DNA from: Oopsacas minuta
Taxonomy: Eukaryota > Animalia > Porifera
Reading direction: 5' to 3'
NCBI GenBank assembly: GCA_024704765.1
Contig: JAKMXF010000342.1
Location: 124,001 to 188,000 of the forward strand
Length of the DNA: 64,000 nt
A program made the position numbers and the translations under genes. Shown piece after piece: positions 1-13,155 of this stretch (position 1 is the stretch's first letter; each line of letters opens with the position of its first letter). Under the pieces are notes generated by a model, which had not been told where the DNA came from, did no database searches, and saw nothing but the letters and a program-made list of their open reading frames with translations.

Positions 1-404
1 GATCTAAATGTGCCAGCTGATCCTTTGGTTTCGCTATTGAAACTCATACTATATACAAGCAAGCACTACATATTTGCGCTTCGCATCTTGCAATACTTTG
101 TGTCCTCGGGAACTTGGATTGTTGACGTACTATTTGTTAATGCTTTTATATATATCAAGTATTACAACGACTCTGACATTCGAATAGCTTTTCGATGGTC
201 ACTATATATCGCATTCATCATAAACTCCACTTTATGTAGTACATGGTGAATAATGTAGCTGTATCTCTTTGCATCACGCAAGGTGCATTTTGTTTGCGAA
301 AGATGTAAATTTTATATAACGAGTAGTCGGTGAATTTATGAATTTCAGTTTATCATTATTGAGAAAACGTATTTTTCTATATTTATACTTCATGTTTAGG
401 ATAA

Positions 405-2723
405 CACAGCCCTGCGGGAAAAAAAATTTTATTTGCTGATTGTTATTGCAAGACATTTTCTAATCCACATTTTAATTCTGATTTTGAAAAATGTTGTAAA
501 ATATACGTATCACGTCTAGTTTTTTAGCAAAATTATTTTTAAATATTGGTATATTTATCGATGAATGCATGATACCTCTACAAGTAAAATAGTGAAAATC
601 TGCCATTTATAAATTTTTACTAAGGATTACAATAAATTTTTATTGATAATATAATCTTAGTTAATAAATAAATTTGAATACATTAGTCTGAATCAGGAGT
701 AAATTTCCGTTTTTTTGACATTCAAGCATGAATAACATCAATACAATCTCTCTTGAGGCACCAGCAGTAATCAGCCATCATATGAACGCCCCACCTCCCT
801 TGATATCGTGTTTCCATTGTTTTTATGTCTTGGTGGAATCGTTCACCTTGCTCCTCGGAAACAGCTCCAAGATTCTCTGGAAAATAGTCAATATGACTGT
901 GAAGAAAGTGAACTTTTACACTCATATTGCAGCCGAGATTCTTGTAAGATTCAATCAACTCATTCACAAGTATTTATAATTAGGAGATTTCGTATTTCCC
1001 CAAGAAGTTTTTCATGACATTTACAAATGCATTCCATGCACATTTTTCTTTGCATATCATAGAATTTGAAAAATTATCATCTCGAACAAGTTGTCTTATC
1101 TGAGGACCGTCGAATATACCGGCTTTTCTTTTTTCATCACTTAGGTAGTAAAACTTCTCGGTAATATGTTTGAAACAATTTCCTTCTTTATCTAATGCCC
1201 TTACAAACTGTTTCATCAATCCTAATTTTATATGAAGTGGTGGAAGCAAAATCTTGAGAGGATCCACTAGAGGCTCGTGAATAATGTTCTTATCTCCAAC
1301 ATTTAGATTGGTTCTAGCTGGCCAGCTCTGTCTAGAATAGTGTTCGCTCTTTGCACGACTGTCCCATAAGCATAAAAAACAAGGGTATTTTGTATATCCT
1401 GATTGCTGTCACAAAAGAATGCATATGATTATTGAGTCACCACAGATTACCCAATTGTGCTGGTTATAATTAATTTTATGAAGCACAATTTTCATGTTAT
1501 CATATCGTTCCTTTAAACTTACTGAATGTCCAATTGGTATGGAACTAAATTTGTTGCCATTATGAAGTAGAACACATTTCAAACTTTGTTTTGAACTATC
1601 AATAAAGAGTCTCCAATCATTAGGTACATACGGACATCCAAGAGTATTAGCTAGCGGTGAAACATCATGACAAAACACAAATCCGTCTTCCATTATGAAA
1701 TATTTCAAAAATTCGATCTCTCTGTTCCTATATGAGTAAAATTTTGTTTCTGGGAGAAGCAAGTTTTTTTCTTTTAGCCTAGAACCTAACAACTCCGCAG
1801 ATTCTTTAGGTAAATCTAAATCACGTACCAAATCATTTAATTCAGACTGATTAAATAACTGTGGAGAATTAGAACGAGATAATACACACGGAATAAAATC
1901 CTCATCTTCTCTAATTAATGAATCTCTAGTTTCACAATCATCATTTTCCGAGATAACATCCAAATTAGTAAATTTTGGAACAGGTACATCAATAGAATGG
2001 GGAACGGGTCATATTGCTGAATGTAAATTTGGATACTTGATCAATGACTTGGTTTTAGCATTGAATCCGGAAATATTCGCCATACAAAAGTAGCAATCGC
2101 TAATGTGATTTTGTGGCTCTCTCCATATCATTGGAATTCCAAAACTTAAACTCTTTCTGATTCCTTTTGTCCATTGTCTCAAATTTTCTACACAAGATCG
2201 GCACACTGTATGTGGAGCCCATGTTTTGTCTTGATCACCTAATCTCATTCCAAAATATCCTAAATATGCTTTTTTAACAAATCCTGTTATTGCCGTAGTT
2301 TGTTTAGAAGTCATAAAACTACCACAAATATAGCAAAAGACGTCTGGATCATTACTGCACCTTCTCCGATAAGCCATATGATAATAAAATATCAAAATAG
2401 TAGACTATAGTACAATAAAGCTGTATATAACAAAAATAAAAATAAAACAAATTATGTAGAAAAGAATGGAGTTAAAGGGACTAATTAGAAAATACAATAA
2501 AGCACGCATCTGTTTATTTCAAAAGACAAAATTCACACAAGTATCAAATATAATAATTTATTCTAGGGAAGTGTACTTAAAAAAATCGACTTACATTAAA
2601 ATGACATTTGAGTAAAAACGAGACGTGATAGGGGAATTCTGATGACAGATTGAGAATCAGTATACTCAAGTTAACTAAAAACAACCCATGGATAATAATC
2701 AGCAAATGTGACGCAGGGCAGTG
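405..2723 (-). mobile_element. Chapaev3-like (CMC superfamily) DNA transposon, decayed full-length copy
   Basis: TIRs CACAGCCCTGCG (405) and CACTGCCCTGCG (reverse complement, ending 2723). Perfect TAA TSD at 402-404 and 2724-2726. Encloses broken transposase fragments. Confidence 0.85.
722..2395 (-). pseudogene. Chapaev3-like DDE transposase pseudogene in four frameshifted pieces
   Basis: ORFs 2009-2395 (CSNDPDVFCYICG, GDQDKTWAPH, CYFC zinc finger), 1409-1963 (ELNDLVRDL, WRLFIDSS, ICGD), 980-1267 (PPLHIKLGLMKQFV) and 722-967 (HFLHSH, EEQGERFHQD). These are collinear with the intact ORF at 39792-41513. Confidence 0.9.
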
Positions 2724-3325
2724 TAATTGATTAGCGTGAAAATACAGTAGTCAGTTTATGAACTGTGAAACAATCTTGGTTAGTTATATATTCCAGTGTC
2801 ATCTCGATAATATTCCACTATATATTGGTTACATAGCCTAATTATCGTGTCATTATATATTATCAAACATAGTTACACGTCTAACAAATTTGCATTTGAA
2901 AGAATTTATGCAATTTGAACTAATGAGTAGTATTTTCATCTTAATTGAAAGGGCTTAAAGCTTCACATATGATAGGGTGATATTACACAATTCGTAAACT
3001 CTCGAATCTGATAATACAGATAGGTAAATGCATTTGACACCTATCTCAGTAGAGTTTCTGAGATATTGCTTAGATCTTAGAACTTGTTCCTAGATTTATA
3101 ACATTCCATACACATGCCAAGTTTCAAGTCTCTAGTTCTTACCAGTTCCTCAACCAATTCCGAACAAAAATTCCCATCGACAAAATAATATATTAAAATT
3201 ATTTCAATATTCTACAGTGTAATGAGATTTATGCTAAAATTTTTGCCTCCTCCCTCTCCAGTTTGGATAGATAAACAAACATATCAACGCAGAACTTTTT
3301 GCGATAATTACACAATGGGTCACGT

Positions 3326-3372
3326 ATCTTTAAAGGCATAGATATCTAACAAATATCTATGCCTTTAAAGAT
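3326..3372. repeat. Perfect 20-bp inverted repeat with a 7-nt loop; TTAA-flanked AGG...CCT core
   Basis: ATCTTTAAAGGCATAGATAT ctaacaa ATATCTATGCCTTTAAAGAT. Confidence 0.85.
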
Positions 3373-3698
3373 CTATTACTTTAATGTTAATCTAACAGAA
3401 TACGAGATAATTAAATGAAATTTTCAATCTAACCAAAACTTAGAACATTTGACATATGAAACAAACGTCAAAACTTTTCGATATAGATAATTTCACTCAC
3501 TATCTTAGATTTCCAGATATTACTACAAGAAGTTGTAATGTATCCTCCTGTAATACATACTCGGAAATTGCGTAAATCAAAATTCTCATCGGCGACATTT
3601 AGCGACATATTTATCAAAAATTTGATTTCTGAATGCCTTGCCCCAGGATGATCCTCAATTCTTTGTTCAAAACTCCTGCAAATCTATTGAAATCGAAG

Positions 3699-4186
3699 TT
3701 ATAGCCTTGGAATATAGTTTAACTTGAAACATTTGCTTATTGATGAATACCTCTGTGGAAATATTGTAATAATGATAGACAATATATTTAAAAGATATAC
3801 AGTAGCTATCTTAGAACTATGCGAACCCTCAAGTGCCCTCGTATATATTTGTGGACTAAATTCTCTACCGGTATTTATAATACATTCTAAGATGCCAATA
3901 TCCTTGGATCTTTTCAATTTCGTTTCCAGCTAACATATCTAAAGTCTGCTACTAGATCAGGTGGTACCAAACCTTCCAATGCTTTGAAGATTAGCTGATG
4001 CAGTGAACACAAAATAGAGCTTTTACTATACTTGTCCATGAGCCCAAAATGTGTTTTCGGTATCATCTTGAGGGTTAAATCCCATATCATTTTTGGAAAG
4101 ATAGACATCGGTGAATTTAAAAGATTCCTGTAGATCGATGGTAGCTTTCGTTTGTTATCACCCCTAAGGGCCGGCTGTCCTAACAT
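3699..4186 (-). mobile_element. Possible 3' remnant of a non-LTR (L2/CR1-like) retrotransposon ORF2
   Basis: LIFKALEGLVPPDL followed by NTGREFSPQIYTRAL resembles the post-RT C-terminal segment of LINE ORF2. No RT core motifs are visible. Confidence 0.35.
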
Positions 4187-4306
4187 GGAGCAAATTATTT
4201 CAATTCATCTAACTGATTTTTGTATAATTTTAACCTTTTTCATTGTGATATTCATAGTCAGTATTACATTCCAACAATTTGGTGTTTAACTTGATCATAT
4301 TCCGAT

Positions 4307-4653
4307 CACTTTTGAGAATGGAATGTATCACATTCCAGCATTGTCAAGGAGACTTTTATCATCCTAAAGTGACCACCATAATGAATGAAATTTCATGTTG
4401 ATTACGAATATCTTAGCATATCGACTCGACCTAAATATGAATGTTATTATAATTTTATCTTATATTTGGTATCTATTTGTGCCCAAAATTTAGAAATTTT
4501 TACACTACCATTTATAATTTATTTCGATTCAATTTTCTATGTAGATATTCGTGTTTAGCATGAAATTTTCTTTAATTGTAGGTTTCACATGAAATGTTTG
4601 GCAAATTTCTCCTTGAAAACTCAAAAATGTGATACATTCCATTCTCAAAAGTG
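4307..4653. mobile_element. MITE-like element with 28-bp inverted repeats
   Basis: CACTTTTGAGAATGGAATGTATCACATT at 4307-4334 and its exact reverse complement at 4626-4653; non-coding interior; TSD not identified. Confidence 0.55.
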
Positions 4654-4864
4654 GTCAGAATTTCTTCGAGTGACCCTCAAATTGCTGTAATTTATTGGTG
4701 ATTACATTATGAATATCACGATTAAAATGGTTAACTCTCGGCTTCTGAATTTTTAGGTGTAATTACCTGATGTCAATCTCAATCTACGATATTCTTTATA
4801 ATTCATTTTGAACTATATGGATTCAGTGTAACCATTATATTATTATACGTTCTATAAACTTTAG

Positions 4865-5328
4865 GCAGAAAATGGAAATTGTTATGATTGCCGAATCAAC
4901 CCTATGGGGCAAAGAATGATTAAATCCGCTGAACTTGTGCCTGCAAGACGAAATATTCTCGCAGAAAAGCATTGCGCAATTCAAACAATTCATGAGTTTA
5001 TTTCAAAGAAACGTGATCTATTTTTGGTTGAATATGGTCTCAGTGTTAAGCGTGATGATTTGCTACTATTGGAGACCACTGCCTCACGAAGAGAGGACGA
5101 ATTAATGCATGCTGCGAAGTTACTCGAGGAAGATGCCACCAACTTTGATGAATTTCTTCGTAATACGAATATCCTCACTCAAAAAACCATCTCTTCAGCT
5201 GATTATTATGTTAAGGAGAGGTTCGAAAAACTTGTATATTCTCAGAAGTTGAAAAGCGAGATTATTTTACATAAGACTGAAATTTCAAAGAACGCTGATA
5301 TGTTGATCCAGTTGCGAGTATATGAATT
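4865..5328 (+). CDS. CFAP100: CFAP100/CCDC37-like cilia- and flagella-associated coiled-coil protein, exon containing a DUF4200-like region
   Basis: Peptide FISKKRDLFLVEYGLSVKRDDL...AAKLLEEDATNFDEFLR...TEISKNADMLIQLRVYE matches my recollection of CFAP100 (KKRQMFLLQYALDVKR...LEKDAALFDEF...SEISRFEDTLKHYKVYK). Acceptor TTTAG|4865, donor 5328|GTAAGT (phase 2). An upstream exon was not found; ATG 4904 is an alternative start. Confidence 0.85.
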
Positions 5329-6194
5329 GTAAGTAGTTTCTATCTTAAATAACAATTTTATATGTATGTAAAGTGAATCTAATTTCCTGGGTAATGTATT
5401 ACTTTAATTCACTAAATATAACTGATAATTCTACACTGAATATCTCACAGCTACTTTCATCGTTTTTTGGACCCGTGGATTTAGCTTAAGTAAGAAATAA
5501 CTAAATTTCTTAGTGCTTTTGGTCGATACTTAACTGTATATACTCGTCACTAAGTCCTCTACTTTATAAAGATGCTGATATTTACACTTTTATTATCTAT
5601 TGCCTTTAATTACTCGAGAATTTCGTAATTCTCAAAATTTCCGAAACAATGAAATATTTAGGTTTTGTTCCAGTCATCATATATTTATAATTGTATTATG
5701 CGTTTTAATTTTGTGAAATCACGAATTAAGAACTCCGATTGAATTGAAATTTTGCCTTGAGTTATTTTCATGTATTTAATTCGTAGCAGAATATGTGGCT
5801 ATATATTAATTGTATAGTAACATATGTTGCGATGAAAATGTAGCAACCACTTTAGTGACGTAATCATGGGGTTTTGAGGATTTGTAATGTTGCTACGAAC
5901 ATACTTCATATATATTAACGTATATATTATTCCAATATTTTGCTGTGTATCACTCTAAATATTCTGGATGGTTCATTGTTTATTTAAACAAGAATTACTG
6001 CTATGGCATTAAATTGCAGTATGGGAAGCAATATAGTCACGAAACTCTTTTCAAATTTGACAATTATTTCAACATGGTCTTGTTTGCAGGTCATGTATTT
6101 CTAAAATCCTCTTCGCCGAAATCTTATTAATTTATCTTTAGTAGATTATATCAAGTATACGATGTAGTAAGTTCTTGGTAAATCAATATTTATA

Positions 6195-6667
6195 CAGTGG
6201 AACCTGCATAATCCGACACCACTCTAATTCGGAATTTCGCTAAACCGACATTATTTCTTTTCACGGATACATTTTGTATAGAAAACAACTCCAATAACCC
6301 GGAACCTCGCTACTCCGTATTCCGACAATTTAATGATGATCAAGTAATATAAATTCGTTCTCAATAAACCGACAATTTAGCGATTTAGCTTTCATTTATC
6401 TGAGATGTACATATTTCAACAAATGTCGGATTATGGAGATGATTTTACTTTCATAATCCAATGTTATCGTTTACAATGTAAATATAGTATGCTGCATACT
6501 TGATATTTGACAACCATATGTCCTGAATTTTATTTGAGTATATATGAAAACACCTGTATAATCCGAAATTTTCTTCGTTCTCAACAAACGTCGGATTACA
6601 GAGTTTACTCGATAATCCGACATTTTCTTCGTTTCCCAACGAGTGTCGGATTATGCAGGTTCCACTG
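6195..6667. mobile_element. pogo/Tigger-type MITE
   Basis: TIRs CAGTGGAACCTGCATAATCCGACAC at both ends, TA on both flanks, internal repeats of the TAATCCGACA motif, no transposase. Confidence 0.85.
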
Positions 6668-6908
6668 TAACACGATTTCGCTCTCGCCCATTTTTTAATT
6701 TATTTATTCAATGACATAGGCGAGAGCATTTGATTATTCCTATTTCATCAAATGTAAACAACTATGTATTGGTGTAAGATTCTGGAGATTCTAGGAACAT
6801 CTCTCTCTGAGTTTTACTTCATGATTTCAACTTAATTTCATTACGTACTTAGCGAAAATGCGTCTTGAGCCGTATACTTCTTATCCAAATTCTACTCTAT
6901 ATATCGAT

Positions 6909-6929
6909 TATATATATATATATATATAT
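6909..6929. repeat. (TA)n microsatellite
   Basis: About 10 TA units. Confidence 0.9.
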
Positions 6930-7231
6930 GTTAATCGTGTTTTAATAGTATACATTGGTAGATTAGCTTCTTACTAAAGTTCAAGTTAGTGATATAATGC
7001 CATTATATTCACTAAGACAATGACACTCAATTCTAATTCTTTACCCTGGATGGCAGTTACCCTGGCTTTCAAATTTCAAATAGTTGTTATATCGCTTTTC
7101 AGTGACGTTCGAAAGCATTCTAAAATTATATATGGTATGCATTAGTAATTTATGAATTTTTGGACTATGTTTGTTGCTTTGCTTGACCGCTAGTTGGTCT
7201 CCTTTGCACCACAGCCTTATTCTGCCACCAA

Positions 7232-7618
7232 CTAGCCAAATTGATATCTCATCGCTAAAAACAACTCGCTCCCATTCAGTTTGTTTGTTATTCTTAGCCT
7301 ACAATACTTTTGTTGTTTGTGTCGATCCGTTAGCATAGGAAAACTCCTTGCTACCTTGTCGATGTACCCTCTCCTCTTTAACTCCTTTCTGACCATCTCA
7401 TGGGAGAAACATTTCTGACGAAAATGATTGAATTGACTGGTCAATTTTCGTATGGACATCTTGTGATTCTGATTTGCCAAGCTTACAAGAGATCTAGCAT
7501 CGTTCACATGTAATATTCTCTGTATATCATCGCCCTGACGGAGTTTGGCTAATATGCGGAAAACAGTGCTCCTCGGGATAGCTGTTCGCTGTTGTATTTC
7601 GCTACCACTTGTAACCAC
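7232..7618 (-). pseudogene. Tc1-like transposase N-terminal (HTH) remnant
   Basis: IQQRTAIPRSTVFRIL and MSIRKL...SHEMVRKELKRRGY...PMLTDRHKQ match the paired-like and Tc5-type HTH pattern. The catalytic region is truncated and TIRs were not resolved. Confidence 0.6.
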
Positions 7619-10600
7619 CGCATCGTATAATTTGCGGATGAGGTCTCTTTGTTCTAACTACACTATACTGATTACGTATTTCGACACAAAAGGCAAATAT
7701 GAGCCAAAAACTGATATTGGCGCGGTCTATGTGAATATAGCAGGTATTTTCGGGAATGCGTATTTTAAGTGACAGACAGATAGGTTGTTCGTGTATTCTA
7801 GAATCAATTAACTAATGGTAACTTGAGATACATGTATAAATGAATCAGCAAAGAAATGCGTTTCATATCTAACCATAGCAAATGAAAAGGTTCTGAAAAT
7901 GTACTCAATTACACGAAAGTTCCAATTTCATCTTGACAGATTGTGCATTGTAAATACTAGAAATAAATATGATTATTATTCTTTGAGTGTTTGAATTTAA
8001 TGTGATTGTTCTGCGGAATAATTTTTATTAGTATTCTCTCTACATACACCATAATCTATAAGTTCTGCCTAAATTTCAAATTTCAAAAACCTATCAGTAT
8101 ATTGTCAAATCCTGTGTAACTACTTAATATCTCTAATAAATTCACACTGAATACTGAAGTCTCTGTGGGAATAGCTACCCAAATCGTCTAGAATGTCAAT
8201 TTTTCAAAATATCATGGAATTTCGTCATGCATTTGAGATTTTTCCTGGTCTTGCTGCTTCCAAGCACGCCTAATTGCTCTTTCAAATTATTCAACTGAGC
8301 GATAAGACGTCAGTTTCACAATTGGATCTATTCTATCACATAGGTAAAAATTACTTGTGTATAAATCAATCTTATTATGCGCCCAATAACTTTTGCTATG
8401 CAATTAGTCGCTAGCCAATCTTGGGTCAAATAGCTGTTTTTGCTGGTATTCCATTGTCTTGAAATAACCAATGGTTGTTTTTTATAGAATACTCGCTATT
8501 CGACTAATGTGAGTGGAAAGTATGTGTATGTATGAGTTTGTGATTTATCTTTTTCACCATTCAGTAGAAATACAATTTTTGCCTTCACCTTAGCAGAAAT
8601 TCCGGCCCAAATCATGACAGTTTTTGGATGTAAGCTCTTTTCCACGCGTTGGTATTGCTCTGGCATATGCTTACCAGTTATAGTGTATTTATAAGAGTTT
8701 TGAACATTTTGGAATTTTGAACTGCGCTGCTATTCGCTGCTCAGTATTGATTTAAATCTTGCTCTGCGCTGCGGCTGTGGTTTCTGTAACCAGCGTTACA
8801 TCTCTGCCCTGTATCGGACTTTAGAGTTATTTATGTATTTATGTACCGAATTATATCGAAATGTGTTACTCAAATTTAATTTATATATATGATGGATGGA
8901 TATTTGATGTAATAACTAACTATTTCTAACCTATTCATTAATTTATCATCTCGCTTGTTTAATTCTCCACGAATAATCGGTTCCTCCGACCTTCAACCAA
9001 TAGTTTAATTTGAGCAATTGATGACTAGACATTCCAGAACTATCGATACTCTTAAAGTCTCGAACTAGCACTGCTTATGCAAAAATTGAACTCCATAGCA
9101 CTGCTCCCTTACGATTTTAAAGAGCACTACGCTGCGCTGCGCGATGTGCAGCGCTTCGAAACACTTATCGCCGTTATAGACAAGTTGGATGGACATCCAT
9201 ATTTGCAGAAAAATTTAACCAACATATCATATAAATTTACCTTTTAAGTTTAGTATTAGTTCTATATTAATGTATCACATAATAATTGCGTACTCCTTCG
9301 TCTTGCTGATATTGACATTACTTACCTCAATGTATTTAAGATATACCACTTAAAATACAACCAATATTCTTATCGATCCAGATATTATTATGTTTATCTC
9401 TTTAATGGTAATATACATACATTAACAGGCTAAGGGATGATCAAGAATGGAATTCCTGGTTAATTGACTCAAATCTATTGATTTATTTAGATTACATGTA
9501 TGTTAACATAGACTTCAAAAATTTTTCATTATTATAGAAACAATGTTTCTTTATTATAGGAATAGTGCATTTTTGCCTTTATATATGCACTACATAATTG
9601 TAGAACATCAGATTTGATCTATTACATTCATTCATGCACAAATACACTGCTTTTCCAATAGAAAAACTGCATATATTAATGCATTCATCTAATACTGCAT
9701 TTTTGGTCTTTTATTGTTAGCTCTTATATTTGGTATGCTATGGATTATGCCAATACTAAACCAGTAAAAACGAAATCTCGGGATTGCAAAATCTAGTTGC
9801 ACCCATATCAAGTTCCCCCTCTCCGACTTTGCCTAGTCACCGAAGTGCAATTACAGGCACAATATTTTACTTAATGGTTTGTATATAGCGATTGATGTTT
9901 AAGGGATTCGTACGAAAAGCAAGATCGCCACAATCTTTTGATTTACTGAGTCTGGAGATTTCTTGGAACAAATGTCTCTTATTTCAATTCAGGTACATCG
10001 CAAAATCACATTGTAAATAACAATAACTCCTACACGTGCCTAATCGTATCGATTCTGAACATTTCATAATAATTAGTATATTATATTTGGATAGTTAGAA
10101 TTGTTGGAGGTTTCACACAAGCCAAAATACTGGCTAAAATCAGTTGAGAACCACTTTGCATGTTAGTGTTTCCTTTAAGAAATACGGGTATCCCATGATT
10201 CAGCAGTTTTAAGACCTATCCTCTCGAAATTTAACATTTTGTGTGCTTTCCTCGAGAATTTACAGTGCATCCCACCCTATATATAGTAATTTGCATGTCT
10301 ATAGATTAAAGCCCCCATATTAGTCTGTATACCTCGTTATAACTTGGAATAAGTGAATTGGAAGGAAGATAGTTGCTTATTCTTATGAATTTTAGCAGTC
10401 AAAGATTCATAGGACTTGTGTGGAGAATCTTCAAAAATTTCAGGTAGAGCAGTAAATAAGATTGTTAACAATTATCGCCAATAGTCATTAGGATAAACAA
10501 AATATAGTCCAATGTGCAAGTTTCGTCAGTGTTTAATAATCCTGATATAAGATGGCTCTATGTTTGAAGGAATCTTTAATCAACTTGTAGATAGTATATA

Positions 10601-11016
10601 TACTACAAATAATTTTGAAACAAATCCGGGATAAGACGAACAAACACTAACAATAGAAATGGTACATACTATAGTTACAGTAAAGATTAGATAATCCTTG
10701 TATTGATCCAATTACGAAATATTTCGTGTGAATTTGTTCGTGATATTGATTTATTATTCATCGGGAATAATTATACAGTCTGTATTAATCAGGGACGTGG
10801 ATTCCAAATATTTATTTGTGGGGGGAGGGGCAAAAAATGTTTAAGTCTACCTATTCGGAATGTTGGTAGGAGTAAAGATTTTGCATCCCCCAAATAATCT
10901 AATTTTGGGCCTGCGAGTCGGATACTTTCTCGCCAATTTTATTCTTGGAAAATATATCTCAAGCGCCATAAACATAGCACTTGGTCGTCTCTTCTTGCAA
11001 TAGCAGGATCATAATA

Positions 11017-13036
11017 CAATAGAACCTGCCAAAGTGGGGCCTCTCAAAGTGGTGTGCTGCCCAAAGTGGTTGTACAATTGGTGTGTTTAGTAAACTACAG
11101 CTAAATGAACCTCCCAAAGTGGGGTTTTGTCAGAAGTGGGGTGTGGGGTGCGCCTGCTGAAATTTTGAATAATATTGTATAGAAATTTACATTTTTTATT
11201 CCCAAAGTGGGATATCCAAAGTGGGGTATTTCCCAAAGCGGGGTACCTAAGTGGGCTGAATATATACCATAAAGTATCACTACTATATGCTAAAAGTAAT
11301 TCAATACTAGGATAGTATCCTTCCTACACCACTTAATTTTCATTATTCTTCTTCAACAGATAAACGTCAAGTGATGGTTGAATCAGATTAGCCTGTACCC
11401 TTTCCAGGATTTTTCTTGAACTGAGATAACTCATGCTACTTCATCATCCATTCCTTTGTATTCAAAATACTTTTCGAGTTCAAATAGGCTTCTTCTGTAC
11501 TTATTGGACGACTACCTAGTTCTAGGTCTACCTGTTCTTCATTTGTTTCAATTTCAGGTTTAGCACCACTGTCATCTTGTTTTCGGCATTTCCAACTTGA
11601 TTTTCTTTAGCATCGAACAACTCAATCATTTCTAGAACTTGATCAGCATCTACAACTGCAGGTAGACCAGCTATTAAAACTTCTTGATCAAGGATATCCT
11701 GCTCATCATGATTTACAACATCTGAAATTAGATCTGGAATGATTTCATAATCTAATTCAAAGCGGAAACTAGCTTTCTCAAAACAACGAGAACAGTGGAT
11801 GTATTGTGTAAAGAGTTGCAAACACATTCACGCAACATATCGACGCCCTCCATGGGATGTCTATCGATGAAAATCATCTTAGACATGTGTTCATGGAAGT
11901 ATTTACGATATCTAATTTTCAAAGCGTCACCGATCCCTTGATCGACAGGTTGTAACAGAGATGTACAATTCGGTGGTAACCATTCAACACGAACATGAGT
12001 TAGATATTCCTTTGCTAATTCGAATCCACATTCATGACCGGAAAAATTATCAAGAAAGAGCAAGACATTCCGTTTCTGTGTATCAATTGTTGTATTTAAA
12101 TATATAAGCCACTCCTTGAAAATAATAGAATTCATCCATCCTTTGGGAGTCGCTTTCCATTGCATGACACCGGGAGTTTATTAGTGTCGTAGTGAATTCT
12201 AGAGAATGCTCTTGGTTTTAAATACTGGTTAATAACAATCATTTGTTCCATATGTCCATCCATAGCAGTAACAATGAACACAGTAATCCTCTTCTTGCTG
12301 ACTTTACTTCCTACAGGGCCTGTGCCTTGCTGAAGCAATGTTTTTTTCCACTTTGTTCCCAATAAATACCAACCTCGTCACCATTTAGAACATCCTTTTT
12401 GTCATAACCTTAAGGAGAGTAGGTGATATCTTCTTGAATTCCTCAACAGCATTCATGGGAGCTGACGCTCTTTCTCCTTGGAGAGCTCTACTTACAATTC
12501 TATTGCGGCTTCGGAACCTTTCTAACTAGCCATTAGAGGCACTAAAACCATCTAAATTGGGCAGCTTCTTCGAAATCATTGTGGCAATATTTTGTATAAT
12601 TGGACCAGTTACAATAGCATTTAAATCTCGGGCTCTCACGATATACTCAACAAGTTTGTCATCCAGATCAATAGTCTTAACCTTGACTATACGCTTTCAT
12701 TCCGTACCTTTGCGAGGAGCACTTTCTAGTGTTTCAAAATTAATAGCTACCCATCGTTCCTTTTTCCTTACCAATCCTAGACACAGTACCTTTTGGGGCC
12801 TTGTACTTTTTTACAGCATCTAACTGGGTCATTCCTTTGGATAGATCCTGTGCAATTTCGACCTCCCTCTTTAAACTTAGTTTAGTTTTATGAACAGTAG
12901 CCATAAATCATATAGAATCTAGAACAATGCTTAATGAAATTAAAAATAACTATTGTCAGAAGTGGGGTATTTCCCAAAGTGGGATGCAAAATTTTAGCAG
13001 TGCTTCCTAGACACCCCGCTTAGGGAGGTTCTACTG
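11017..13036 (-). mobile_element. pogo/Tigger-like DNA transposon, decayed (CENP-B-type HTH plus DDE_1)
   Basis: TIRs CAATAGAACCTGCCAAAGTGGGG and CAGTAGAACCTCCCTAAGCGGGG with TA flanks. Fragments include KGWMNSIIFKEWL, LLFLDNFSGH and WLPPNCTSLLQPVDQG (11528-12362). Confidence 0.85.
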
Positions 13037-13155
13037 TATAGAATTATAGATGATGTAACGTGTACTCCCTAGGAGACTGTATTATAGGCCTGACAAACTT
13101 CATCCGTGCTGTGTCACTGATCCAGGTGTTAGGCCAGGGGACATAGAGGGGTGTA

